Shown here: positions 26,473-38,552 of the stretch, one piece after another | Layout of the letters: the number at the start of each line of letters is the position of its first letter | Position numbering within the stretch: the stretch's first letter is position 1 | Assembly: GCA_000934665.2 (NCBI GenBank) | Contig: KZ538438.1 | Coordinates: 1-64,000 of the forward strand | Length of the DNA: 64,000 nt | DNA from: Catajapyx aquilonaris | Lineage: Eukaryota | Reading direction: 5' to 3' | The notes under the pieces: generated by a model | What the model was told of the DNA's origin: nothing | The model's database searches: none | Seen by the model: the letters and a program-made list of their open reading frames with translations, nothing else | Position numbers and translations under genes: made by a program

Positions 26473-29257
26473 GTGGAGTAAACACCTTTTCTTCTGATGT
26501 ATTTCACTGGGTCTGTACATTCTGTGTTTGATCCGACACTCACCTCAAGGCCCCCCCCCCCCTTTCCCCTCCAAAAAAATGAGATTGTTGGCTTAAAAAA
26601 TCGCGGCAACCCCGCCGGCGGCCATTTGGCCAGAAATGCCCCCCCGCTTTCACTGGAAAGATAGGCACCGGAAAAAGAAAGGAATAGGTTTCCTCCAGCC
26701 CGCGAGCCCACTTCGGGAAAGAATGGCCTCTCCCCAGATGACCACCTGAAATTGAAACGCAGGCAGTTTGGGTGTTTGGCTAACACGCTCATCTTTTCTC
26801 CGCTCCTGAATATTTCAAGAGGGTTTCTCCGAGAGCCGGGGAGGAAAATGACGTGTCGGGGACTTGGCTATATAACCCTCCGGAGTTTGGCCTCTGCTGC
26901 CTTTTTCTTTCTCTCGTTTTTTTTATCCGGAGTGAGAGAGAGAATACGGGGGCCTGGGTAATCTGTCCGAGGCCAATTGAAGCTGGAGACGTACACGAGA
27001 CGAGCTCATTTCTCTCCTCTATATGGTAGGAGGAAAACCACTTCCAGCATTGGGTCTCTTCTTTTTCTAGCCGGTGGAAACACCTTAAGAAGTGAGAGAG
27101 GGTGGCACAATCTCTGAATTGGGAATAGGCTCAGTTTCTCTAACTTTCCAGGCAGTTAAGGCAAGGTCGTCTCAACTTGAAGAATGTTCTATACAAATTG
27201 TGGTGCAATTTCACATATTTTTCGCAACATTTTTTTGCCAGTCCGTTAGTGGTACTGGATGGCATTGCACAACTCTCCGATAAATCTCATCGCATTTTCT
27301 TCCCCCCCCCCCCCCCCNCCCCAACACTTGGCCCGACCCCACCCCAGCAAGCCAGCAACTTACAGCAACTAACTGTGGGAACAACGCGCACCTGACTCCT
27401 TGGCTCCGACCATACTTGGAGATAAACGCAGCCCAAGTCGACCGCAAATTTCAGCGCAAACTTCCTTCAAGCACCAACTTGAGGCTAAAATGCGGCGAAA
27501 ACAACCCGGGGCGCCTAAGTGCAATCGGTATTCCCACAAGTGGCAAATAAGGCAAGAGCGTGAATCAAGGGAGCACCACATAGCCCTCAGCCGCAAAACC
27601 CAGCCCCTACTTCAGAAGCCTTATTGCAATTATTACCCTCTCCTTTTTAGCTGCCGGCACCCTTACTTTTGCTTGCTTTACTTGCCGGAGGAGAAAACTG
27701 CAGAAATTTCGCGATAAACACTAACCTCCGAGGAAAGCAGGCAGCCTCACTTATGCAATTATGGACGATTAATATACGACGTGAGCGATTAGTTGCGTTT
27801 CGAAAAAAAGGGGGGACCTTGATTACCGCTCTCTTACTATATAAGGGTGGTGCAAGATTCTTCCGGAAAAAAATGATCAAAATCTGCTCCCATTCTAACC
27901 CAAAATCCAAAATATGACAAACATATTTTTTTAGTAATATTTCGGCTGTCAGTTCATGATGGTTGCTGAAGTAAACATGATGGGATTGTATTAATAAACA
28001 CCGTTGTGCTGTTGGAGTCATCACGTTTAGAGCACTAAATGACAGCGGTTTATATATGGTGTGATGCATGGATGGGAATATAATAAACAAAACTATTTAA
28101 ATAACTGTGTGCCTTTTTGGTTTTCTACACACACTTGAACGGCATCACGAATGGCCGCGCCGGAAATGCATGACTCATAGTCGGCTTGATTATAAGCTCC
28201 CCTTTCATTGCCATTGTTTCCTTTAAGAATTGCGCTCATTGGCCCCGAGATAAAGGAGGAGAAGTCAAGGAAAAGTTCCATCCGAGGGCGGTTTACAGCC
28301 CCCCCATGGGTAAAACAGGCCTTATCAAGTTTGCAAACTTTTCCGGCAGCGATATGTAACGCGTGGCTCCAGCACTCAATTACAAAATGGTGTACTGTGT
28401 GTGTAATGCCTTCCCGCGGCTCCTGTTCCCAACATGCAACCCCTTCACCCCGCGATACACAATGACACGTACCCTATTGTATTACAGGAATAAATGGGCA
28501 TTAAGCATGAACCATGGGATTGTAAAAATGCAGCAAAATATTATTAATAAAACTTGATATTATAACGAAAGAGACACGTTATAATATGGTCTACAACAGC
28601 CCTGCTGCTCTTTAACAACTTTTCCTCTTCTTCATTAGTGTTTCGTTACCGCGCACAGCCGCTTCTGAGCCTATTTAAGAGTTTTTAATGCATAAAATAT
28701 GCAGGAATCAGGACATTCATGCACTCTGTAGCACAACCCAACATCTACAGCAACCTACATTTTCTGGGGGAATAAAATTACATTCGTCATATGGCACCTC
28801 TTTTTTTTCTTTTTTTCTTCATTCTTTTTCTGGCTCATGCATATTAGCGCGGGCGGGGAGATGAAGCGCGCTATGTTTATTTTATTTATATACATGCACA
28901 TTCATATTCTCAGCAACTCATATGAGCCTTGCTGTGTTGTATGGTCAGAGTTGTTGTTATGAACCAAAATATGAGCTGAGCGCCAAACTGGTGCAACTGA
29001 ATGTACCATGTAACACCAGTGCTGTGATGTTAAATACCGCAATGAAAATATCTGAAGTTCTGATACGTGTAATATATAATCTATGTTATTTATCTACTTT
29101 TATGCATCTAGGGAATCTTAGGGAATGCTCCCACAATGAGCTCGTTATTTTGTCTTGATTGCAAAGTTGCAATAAAAAATTGTTTTGTGCCTTTTCTGAG
29201 AAGACAGCAGCTTTTGCGAGAACATTTTATCACACAATAATTTAGACTCTTACATTT

Positions 29258-29449
29258 GAGGCGTTGACATGGAAAAGGAGTAAGTCACAATGAGAAATGT
29301 GCCACAAAAAAGCCAACATTTAAATGTTAAATTCATAAACTGCTTTTACTTATAGTTTACTTTTCATGACTTTGAATAAGGAGTCTTTTCTGCAATTAAA
29401 ACTTCTTTTTTTTGCTTAGTCCCTGTAAAACATCCCATGCCAACGCCTC
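29258..29449. mobile_element. MITE with GAG...CTC termini (Sola-like?)
   Basis: TIRs gaggcgttgacatgg / ccatgccaacgcctc; flanks attt / aatt. Superfamily assignment is inference. Confidence 0.65.
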
Positions 29450-32400
29450 AATTGTACAGAAATTAAGTTTGATGCTTTGAAGTCATTTAATAGTGCATAA
29501 ACTGCATAATTATATAGCCTACTATCCTGTGCTGTATAAACTGCCATTTATATGTATGGCACATATTTAGTACAATTCAACCATATGTACTGAAAAGTCA
29601 GGAGTGTCTTCAAAATTGTGCAAATTTACTCGCTTATTTAAAAACACATTGGCGGTGTCATACCGTCATGTCCCTGCGATAAATCCAAACACGTTGCATT
29701 TTCTCACCCTATCAAAAACCCGCAAAGGGCCTCCCCGCTATAAAAAGCCTTCCACCATTTCTGATGGGACGTGTTCAAACCCTCCCGACTCCTTTTTCCT
29801 TCTTTTTAAACACATATATTCCTACCAGTTCTTCTTTTTCGGAGCTGATTTTTCTGTGAATTCCTCCTCCCCTTAATCTGTGGTCCCTTTACCCCTGCTG
29901 CTGATGCTACCCAGTTCAGCTGAAAACCAATGACCGAGAGCGGTCTGCGTCGCCACCACGGCGGATGTGACAGTGGCGGAGGGGCCCAAATTAGTACACG
30001 AATCCCTCCCCAAATGAAAGACATTATGGTATCAGTTGGCCTCTGATTACGGACTGCGATGTCTCTAATCGCTTTGGGGACATGGCAATTGCACCATTGC
30101 TGCTGCTGCTGCAAAAAGAAAACGGCGGAAAAAAGCCCATTTTTTTGGAAGGCGGGTATATAGAGAAGAAGAAAAAAAATGTACAGAACGTAATGATGCG
30201 GCAAGATGAGACAGCTGTGGTGAAAAAGGGTGCAAAAAATTCTGAGACAAAAGGGGATTAGGAGATGAATATTATCCCATTTTGTAAGAGGTCATGTGCG
30301 AGACTGGTTGATTTTTAGGTGGGGTTTGAGGGGGTGTTGGTCATTATGAAACGCGTTTTTTTAGGTGTCGGTGACCATATACCATGAGGTTCATGTGTAA
30401 GTGCTGGTGATTCGCAAGTTCAATGAGCTTTTCCCTATAGCTGGAATCAAGTGCGCTTGACAGGCGCTCCATTAGGGACTGTTTATTTTTTTTTTGTCGT
30501 TTTTGCCTTTACGACCAAGCGTAAAAGTCAAGCAAAGAGTTGATGGCACCATGCAACAAATGTAAGCCGTAACAAGTTGTCCTTTTCGCTGGGATAATGC
30601 CCATCCGACGCTTTTAAAATGCGACATTGTAAAGCTTGATTGGCTTCCACAATTACCGGAGCAATAAATATTCGAGGTGCTATCTCTACTGCCTAAGCGG
30701 TCTACAGCATGGGACCGATTAACGTTTCAGAAATGATGTAAATCCTAATAAACCGATAGGAAACTACAGATTAGAACAAGTGAAAGAATGCTAAATCAGT
30801 TGTGAACATTTCAACATGAATTTGAATGCAAATTTAATGTATAGTGAATGAAATCAGAGGCCTACCCGCAGCACTTTAGAATATGTTGCAGCATGTTATT
30901 TACTTGGCATTGTTATTGTTCATAATGTTGCAAAAATACAGAACAGATTTGGAGAGTATATTCAGGGACGGATTTGTCCATTGTGCGGCTTTACGAATTA
31001 CTGGTTATAATAACTGAAGAAGGGACCATTCATAAGTACGGCAGCATGAAAACTCCGTTAAAAAAAATCCGGACGAAGTCTATTTATATACCTGGTAGTT
31101 TCATTATGACCTTATATGTATGGAAGTGGTAGGAAATATGACCCAAAGAAAAAAGGAATGCTCTTAAAATACAAACACATAAATAAACAACATTTTATTA
31201 ATGTTGCTTCTATGTTATAAATAATTTACATAACCTGGTTTCCCCAGATCGTCCTCTTTAAGTAACCTAGATATGAAATTATAGCGGTACACGACAGACT
31301 TCAAAAAAAAAACTGACCGCCTTAAAACTGCTCATAAAAATTCTAAACGAATGCAAGCCACGGAACCTATAAAACTAAAAGAAGTGCTTCGTATATATAG
31401 TGATGGAAATCTTCAGGTGTGCTCACAAAACACTTGAATTTTACTTTCAATCTTGCTTTCGGCGGAAGACTTCTCGTTCTTTTATACAAGTACAGTAGTA
31501 TGCATATAACTAAACTATATTTGCAGCAGGCTTAAATCTTTAATGCATCATTATTTCGCAATCCTCTCCTTTACATAATTATTGGCCGAGAAAACAGCAA
31601 ACGTAATGGCACATCCGTTTTATAGCCTGCTTGCAGACCAAATGGCTTTTCCAGCATCATTTCTTTATCCGTAAAATAAAAAAATGTTTCTAACGAACTG
31701 GTTACGCAACTTGCATGTGTTACGTGATGGCAACATGCGCACCATGCTGTGCATCTATAAATGCACAGCCCTATACATTGTTGTAATATACATACAGTGC
31801 AAGATCGTAGTCTATTTGAACGTGCACATCCTCCGCAAAACGAATGGTAGGCTTTATGCGTAATTAGATGCAGCTAGATTTTTTAAACCAGCATTGCATC
31901 AGGCAATATGAAAATAAGAATATTTTACTGATAACAGGTGATTTTCTCCCAATCATCGGGAAGTAGGAAATAATTGATTAATTAGCAACTTTGTTAAAAG
32001 GCGACCTGTAATTTTTTGCCGTATGAATAGTCTACAGTATAATCGGACCATTGTTCAGAAGCAAAATCATAAAATAATGATGTAAAGACACAAGACGTGC
32101 AATAGCATATGTGCGAACTGCCACGAATAACTTTACAGACCTACCTTACTTTTAATTGCCTAATGTAAATTCAAGTAGAATAAGCTTATTGCCGTGCCTC
32201 TCCATTTTTATATAGCACTAAAACGTTACCAAGTATGCAACACATAGACAGTGATTTATTAAATAAAGGGCACTGAAATATTTAAATCTGAATTTTCCAC
32301 TCGGAACAGCCGACAAAGCGTAACGCGGCATGAAAATAACTCGTGTGCAGATGGGGCAATGCTAATGCGATACAAGCTAGCAAGATAAATCGGCCATAAC

Positions 32401-35201
32401 TGCACCTCTTAAGGCAATCTCGCATAGAAATGGATTCCTCCCACATGTAAAGTGCGACCATTAAAAACTGATGACTGCGTTGCCTCCCATTGAAATAGAC
32501 TCATTCAAATCTGCCAAGCCGACTGGAATCCCAAAACACGAGCTGTTTTATCATGCAAAATCCAACTTATTTGCACACGCGAAAAAAACTTCTACATCCC
32601 CAACGGTACAAAAATCAGTATCGACTCATATAGGTCCTTCTTATAAAATATGTCGAGAGGGTTTTCAACTTGATTCTCCTTTCAATAATATTGATGGACT
32701 AGTGATTTCCATTCAGTATTTGAGTCCGATTTACTCATATTATAAGCAAATAATCTGCAAGAGATTTCTAAGCCGGTCTTCAAAAAATAGCTCAAGCTGC
32801 TTTTAAAACTTCGCTCATCGCACACACTTGGAGTTGAAATTGTCACTCAAATGGAAGTAGGCCATAAATAATTGCTACCTTGTAACCAGCCATAATAAAA
32901 CGCAGACCACAATTGTTTCCGCGACTGTCTCCATATTTTGGTCTCAATTTTCCGCCTGCATATATTTAGGCAGCATCCTTTTTTTTAAAGCCCTCGATGG
33001 TTAGGCTTTGCAAAATTTAAGAGTAACCGACGGGTGAGCCCATCATCTGTGACACAAGTCAAATAGACATTAACCACCCGGCGGTTGACAGTAATGAGAG
33101 CCGTTTTGTGGTCCACTCTTATGTACGATTCGGACTGCCGGAGGGGACCCGAGCCCCTTATAGCGTGACACATTAAACGTGACGTCCTCCGACATCCGGC
33201 CGTCGCTTTTCGTTTCTTCAAACTGCACCCAGCAGCCATGGGATAATTTCCGAGCGGAAGTTTGAAGGTGCATTTGACTCAGGGGTTGACTGGCCGGAAA
33301 CCGCGAGCTGAACCTGGCAACCCTATGGTCTTGAGCGTTGCTGCTGCACCTGGCAACTCCGAGGCGTCAAGCCCCTTTTCACGCGGTTGTTTCCCTCTGT
33401 CATGGCCGCCAGAGCCTTTTCCCTCACAGAGATAACGGGGGTTGGACGTGACAGGTCTGGGGCAGAGGAGGGGGTCTGGCTGGCTGCATAACGAGCCACA
33501 CCCCGGGACAGAAAAGCTGGGACACGGACAAGCATAATTATGTGTAGGATTCCATATGACTCGACTGGGACTCCAGTGCCTGACACGGGTTGACAACAGA
33601 GTCTACGCCTCACGGTCAAGTCCCCGTTCCAGGACGTGTAAAAGCATGCATGAAACACCGTGTAGGGGCCCTGGACCCCCGCTCGCTATTTAGGCAGCAG
33701 TCGCGGGACATACCACTGTCGCGAAACCCAACAGCAATTTTTCACAAAGCTCTAGCAGACTCTTTTTTTGGAAGATACTTGCTTGGGAGCCGGGGGGTTA
33801 GGGAAGGTAAGGGAAGGTTGACAAAGGGGGACGGAAAAATATGTTGATGCATCGTGTACATGAGACAGCAGCACTGACCAAGTCCACGGCCAGACAATGG
33901 AAGCAAAAGAATAATAAGTAATGGAATTGTTTATTCTCCTGGAGCAAGCAACAGATTACAGAAGAACCTTAACTTGCAATTTTGTAAAATATTTTAGTTA
34001 GTTTGTATCTCTTCTTCTAAAATATTATTGGAAGAACATTTCACCATATTTTGTGCTGTTACTTCTATATGTCTTGTCCACTGCAAGGCTTCTTCGTCTG
34101 TATATTGTATCTGCTTGGATTAAAATATTATGACCATCCATCATGCGTCAGTGAGTCCACGATTCCGATCGAATGAAAAGAAGGGCAAACTGTACTTAAT
34201 GAGTGCTTTGGGGGCAATTATATTATTTTCCCGAGCCGTCGCCCATTGGTCGAAATCAATTAGGCCATTTCGAATAACGTGCAGCAACAAACATGCAGAG
34301 AAAGGTGTGCCGCCTCCTTCCGCAGAGCATACACATACAGTATATTAGTTCATATAGGCTATATAAGTTATACATGCCTGACTTGCCGCCAAATGTCCGT
34401 TATTTCCACATGAATGAAAGTTATTCAAGGGGTATAGTATACTGCATGAATACACAAAACGAGCGATTATAAATGAACAGTGCGTCATATAGTGAAAGAC
34501 TATTTATAATCGTCTGACACATTTGTAGATCTGTATACAGTATAATAGTAGGCGTACGTCGGTTCCACGCCGTCTCTGCATGCTCATTATGATGAGGTCA
34601 GTCTGACAGAGTTCATTGTTCCTATACTGTCGTATATGCAGGAATGCAGGCCTGTCATGTCTCTTCACCCGAAATGTTTGCGGATATTTGCAGCCTTAAA
34701 TGCCGATTAAAATAGCAAAGGGGTTTTGTCGAACATGTCGTTTTGTCATGTCTGTGCGCTCTTCTGCAGAATACTTACGACATAAATTTTCGGCAGCAGT
34801 GCTACATGCAGGATCATAAGAATAATATAATGTGAACCTCTGTATAACTATGGGGTAACAATCGTGGAATAAAATATAATTTCATCCATGACAAACGAAT
34901 TCAGAATGTTCCATGAATTTCATGTAAGAAATATAGAGGATTATATAAATCGCTACTGTGTCGTATAACAACTCCCAATCGCAGTATTATAACGATGAAA
35001 TGGTATTAGCCTAATATTACTGTAGCCTACTTTTGTCCTGTTGGCATATAACTTAGTCAATGAGTTGCTTTATCTGATTGTTCATACTTCATATTATGTG
35101 CAAGGTGCTGTAAAAGTGCGAATTGTGCTGCAGGGACAAGGGATGCACTGAATACTGCTGTGTAGAAGTGCGAGCTGAGTAACATGTGACGAACTAATCG
35201 G

Positions 35202-35326
35202 TCCAGTCGCGCATGCTCATTGCCAGGAATGGTAGATCCAGATGTGTATATAATTATATACACATCTGGATCTACCATTCCTGCTGGCAATGAGCATGCT
35301 CTGGAGTGCGGGCATGCGCGACTGGA
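35202..35326. repeat. Palindromic element with a perfect, spacer-less 60-bp core
   Basis: 35224-35283 (caggaatggtagatccagatgtgtatataa|ttatatacacatctggatctaccattcctg) is a perfect palindrome. Outer arm tccagtcgcgcatgctcattgccag pairs with ctggcaatgagcatgc and gcatgcgcgactgga. Confidence 0.9.
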
Positions 35327-36398
35327 TCCATTCTTTGATCACTTTTTTACCATGCCCTCATTGTTGGAAGTGTCAGCAGTATTGCCTGCATATCGATCAC
35401 CCGGAATAATTAAATTTCTTTTTCCTCAGATTATTGGGTCTAAATGTTATACACAATAATTTAGATAAAATCACTGCTGTGTATGTTGCTGTATCCACCT
35501 ACAAATACATGTGCAGCAGGAACACAGCTTACTGCATTTATTGATGAACCTGACCTACATGATTGTATACTACAGTATAGTTATAGTTACTTGTTATCAA
35601 CGAGAACAAATAATAGAATTTTCGAACCTTATATCGTTACTTTCCATCTGTTTTAAAAGAAAATATTGTGGTACCATATACTGCATGATCCAAAAGGTTG
35701 TAGACAATAACAAATAGTTGGTTTTTTACCTGCTGCAACTGCTGATGTATACCTTATAGAGATAAAGTCTGGACAGGTTGTTAAGTTGAATAAAAAATCA
35801 TACATAGAAAAATTGCCTATTTTATATCACGCTTCGAAAAGTTACACCAATAGGGCGTTTATTTCTATTAGGCTACATGCTCAATGCATTTTAATTTCTT
35901 TTCTTATTTCTGGACTAAACTGTAACATTATATTTATCCTGTAGGCCTACCTCTATAGTAATTTTCCTATATGGCACTTATGTGAACAAGAGAACTTATA
36001 TGATTAATTCCTACATGACTTCAATCAAAAATGACTTGTTTTTATTTTGAACTTGTTTTAAAAAATGTCCACGCCTTACAATTAGTCCTGTGATAAACAT
36101 ATCATGTTGAAACTGCATGCTCTAATGCAGCTATAACATATAATTATGCTCAGAACCCAACTTGTCGACGTCTATATGGATTTAGGGGAGGTGCGTAAAA
36201 TCACAGCAGAGCATGTAGGCCTAATTAGTAAACTGCAAAATCTTTTTATGGGGCGTATTCATATAAGTTAAGTTGCTAATTTCTTCCACATGTTAAAGAA
36301 ACAAAGATTTTAATGTTATTGGGACGTTACATATTTCCCTTATTCAAGTAATATTAACTACGTATTAATAAAAATTTGTAGCCATATGCTCCAGTTTT

Positions 36399-36600
36399 GG
36401 GGAGACATTGTGGTGTATATAATGCTGGGTTATCGCCACAGCCTTCCACATCCGTCCCGAGTTTGATCTCCGGGTCGGACAGAGGATACATACGAATTTC
36501 GATTGGGTCTCTCCGTGTTCGCGTGGGTTTTCTCGCGGCTCTCCTGTTTCCTCCCACATGCAAAATTCATCTCAGCACAGGCAATGATTAAAGTCGGTTA
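36399..36600 (+). mobile_element. tRNA-derived SINE with V-domain-like body
   Basis: Degenerate A box (tggtgtatataatgctgg) and B box (gagtttgatctcc), then gcgtgggttttctcgcggctctcctgtttcctcccac, which matches the widespread V-SINE-type core GTGGGTTTTCTCCGGG...CCGGTTTCCTCCCAC. Confidence 0.75.
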
Positions 36601-36658
36601 ATAAAAAGATTACCGATATTTCCTAAACGGTACAAGAGGACCTACCACGGGGTATCCA

Positions 36659-36723
36659 TAATAATAATAATAATACTATTACTACTACTACTACTACTAC
36701 TACTACTAATAATAATAATACTG

Positions 36724-36755
<32 letters not shown>
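36659..36755. repeat. Compound (AAT)n/(ACT)n microsatellite, possibly the SINE tail
   Basis: ataataat...actactact...aataataat seen directly. Confidence 0.9.
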
Positions 36756-36757
<2 letters not shown>

Positions 36758-37559
36758 TGTTCCAGTTTCTTCTTTGTTCGAATAAAATAACGATTTAAGT
36801 GATAGGCTTACTATGACGTTAACGACCCTTTGGTAACCCCTTTGTGTCTGAATAAGGTTTTATGAAATAGTTAATGCACTTGTTTGCAATTTAAGGGACT
36901 GTCAAATAAGATAGGCCTATAATTATAGTGACGGACCTCTTTTGTGCAAGACACAGCCTATTACTACAGCCTATTGGTAAAAAAAAGTTACACCTATTGA
37001 GTCTTCTTTGACCGTCCCTTAAATTGCAAACAAGTGCATTAACTATTTCATAAAAACTTATATAAGTTATATAGTGCCAACTGATATTAGCCTTTACCGA
37101 CATAGCGTGCACATTGGAAGACTGGGTCTCGAAGCTTCTTGCCAAGTTCTCCTTGCATGCTGGAAAATTTACTACAGCTTAAGCAGGCGGTATATACTGC
37201 ATAGCAATGGACTGACAAGCCCACGTCGTCACACAAATGGAGAGCTATATACACTGTACGCTGCTAAATGAGCCCCGGCTGAATAATGAATGGCATAAAA
37301 CGCGCATATTCCCTTTCTTGAAGTCCCCTGAAAACAAAGTGACACCCGTACGTTCATTGCCGTCGAGCAACGGTGCTATTTACGTGCACGTGTACGATAG
37401 CTTGTAAATTTGATACGACTTGTCCTGTGCAGGAAAGGGTCCCAGGCTCCGTAGTCTACATGATGCAGCACTTGTTGTGCCTCGCATCAGACTCGAGGCT
37501 AATGGGACCGTAAATGAGTTTTAAAATCTGCATATGCACTGTCGTCGCCCCTAAGTGGA

Positions 37560-37972
37560 CACAACATGTCAGCCATGACGCCGGTCATGCGGGTTGCATA
37601 TATACGCCCACCCCGAACCTCTCCGATCTATCAAAAAAGAACCCAACCCTGCCCATTGCAATCGCGCTCATTTGATTAGCCCATGGCCAGCCATAATTCC
37701 CAGCCCGTTCGGTAATTACGCCTGAGTAAATGGGTTTCAATTTTGATTCATTAATCTCCCATACAGCTGACAGCCCATTCGAGCATGAGTCTTCCAGCCA
37801 ATCAGGTTGCGGGAAAGGGCTCGAGCCAGTCCCAACCTGCGTCCAACCCCGAGTGGTGATTGGTCCTCGCAGTTCCCGCCCTCGACCCGGCCTCTTCCCG
37901 CCCTCTCTCTCCGAAAAAGCAAGGCCCACTTGACCAGGCCTCAGTTCCCAGAGCATCACGGCCGCCTCTGGG
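37560..37972 (+). promoter_or_regulatory. Putative Tlx/C15 proximal promoter and 5' UTR
   Basis: GC/CpG-rich; CCAAT at 37798 and reverse ATTGG at 37859; several TAAT homeodomain sites; initiator-like TCAGTT at 37941-37946, about 30 nt before the ATG. Confidence 0.55.
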
Positions 37973-38552
37973 ATGACCCAGTCAGCAATGTCTGAGCCAG
38001 AGATCAACGTGGATTGCGATAGCCGCAGCAACACTCCGGATTCGTCTAGTCACAGCAGCTACAACAAGCACAGTCCGGATCCGGCTCCCAGCAGCAATAA
38101 GACGACCGGAGGGAAGTTGTCCTTCAGCATCTCCAGGCTTCTTGGAGAAGAGGAGGAGAAGGCGAGGCATCACCATCACCACCATGCGGAGACAGAGAGC
38201 GAAGAGGAAGAGCAGCAGCATCACGGGATGCAGCACTCGGCGGCTGCGGCTGCGGCTGCGGCGGCCGCGGCTCTTCTGGGACCTTTCGTGGGTGACCCCT
38301 ACCATTCTCTGTACCTTCCTCCACGGACCGAGTGCCCCCCTAACGTGATGGTGCCCACGTTGATACCCGGTACGCTCCCGCCGTACAGTCCGCCCGTCAC
38401 GGCTGCTGGGCCAGGCGGGACCGTGATCCGGGTGCCGGCCCACAGGCCCACTCCCTTGCCGCCCGTCGGGGCACCTTTCCCCTGGCTCGGAGGACTCGAC
38501 CCGCTGCAGCGGACGGCCTTTGCTACGCAGGTGGTCAAGGACAGGCTCACAG
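37973..38552 (+). CDS. Tlx: Tlx / C15 (clawless) homeobox protein, coding exon 1
   Basis: ORF MTQSAMSEPEINVD... with eh1 motif LSFSISRLL (FSISRLL at 38123-38143), His run, 11-Ala run, Tlx-family VIRVPAHRP, FPW motif (38477-38485) and KDRLT. Donor ACAG|GTCAGT after 38552 (phase 1). The start could be the second ATG at 37988. Confidence 0.93.

Noticed and set aside
32985..33850. GC-rich block with several short ORFs and a ggcaacccta hAT-like end
   Set aside because: No partner TIR and no protein motif found; left unassigned (possible enhancer).
37585..38550. Overlapping minus-strand and alternate-frame ORFs over Tlx exon 1 (149, 153, 83, 66, 68 aa)
   Set aside because: Shadow ORFs of a GC-rich coding exon and promoter; no recognisable domains.
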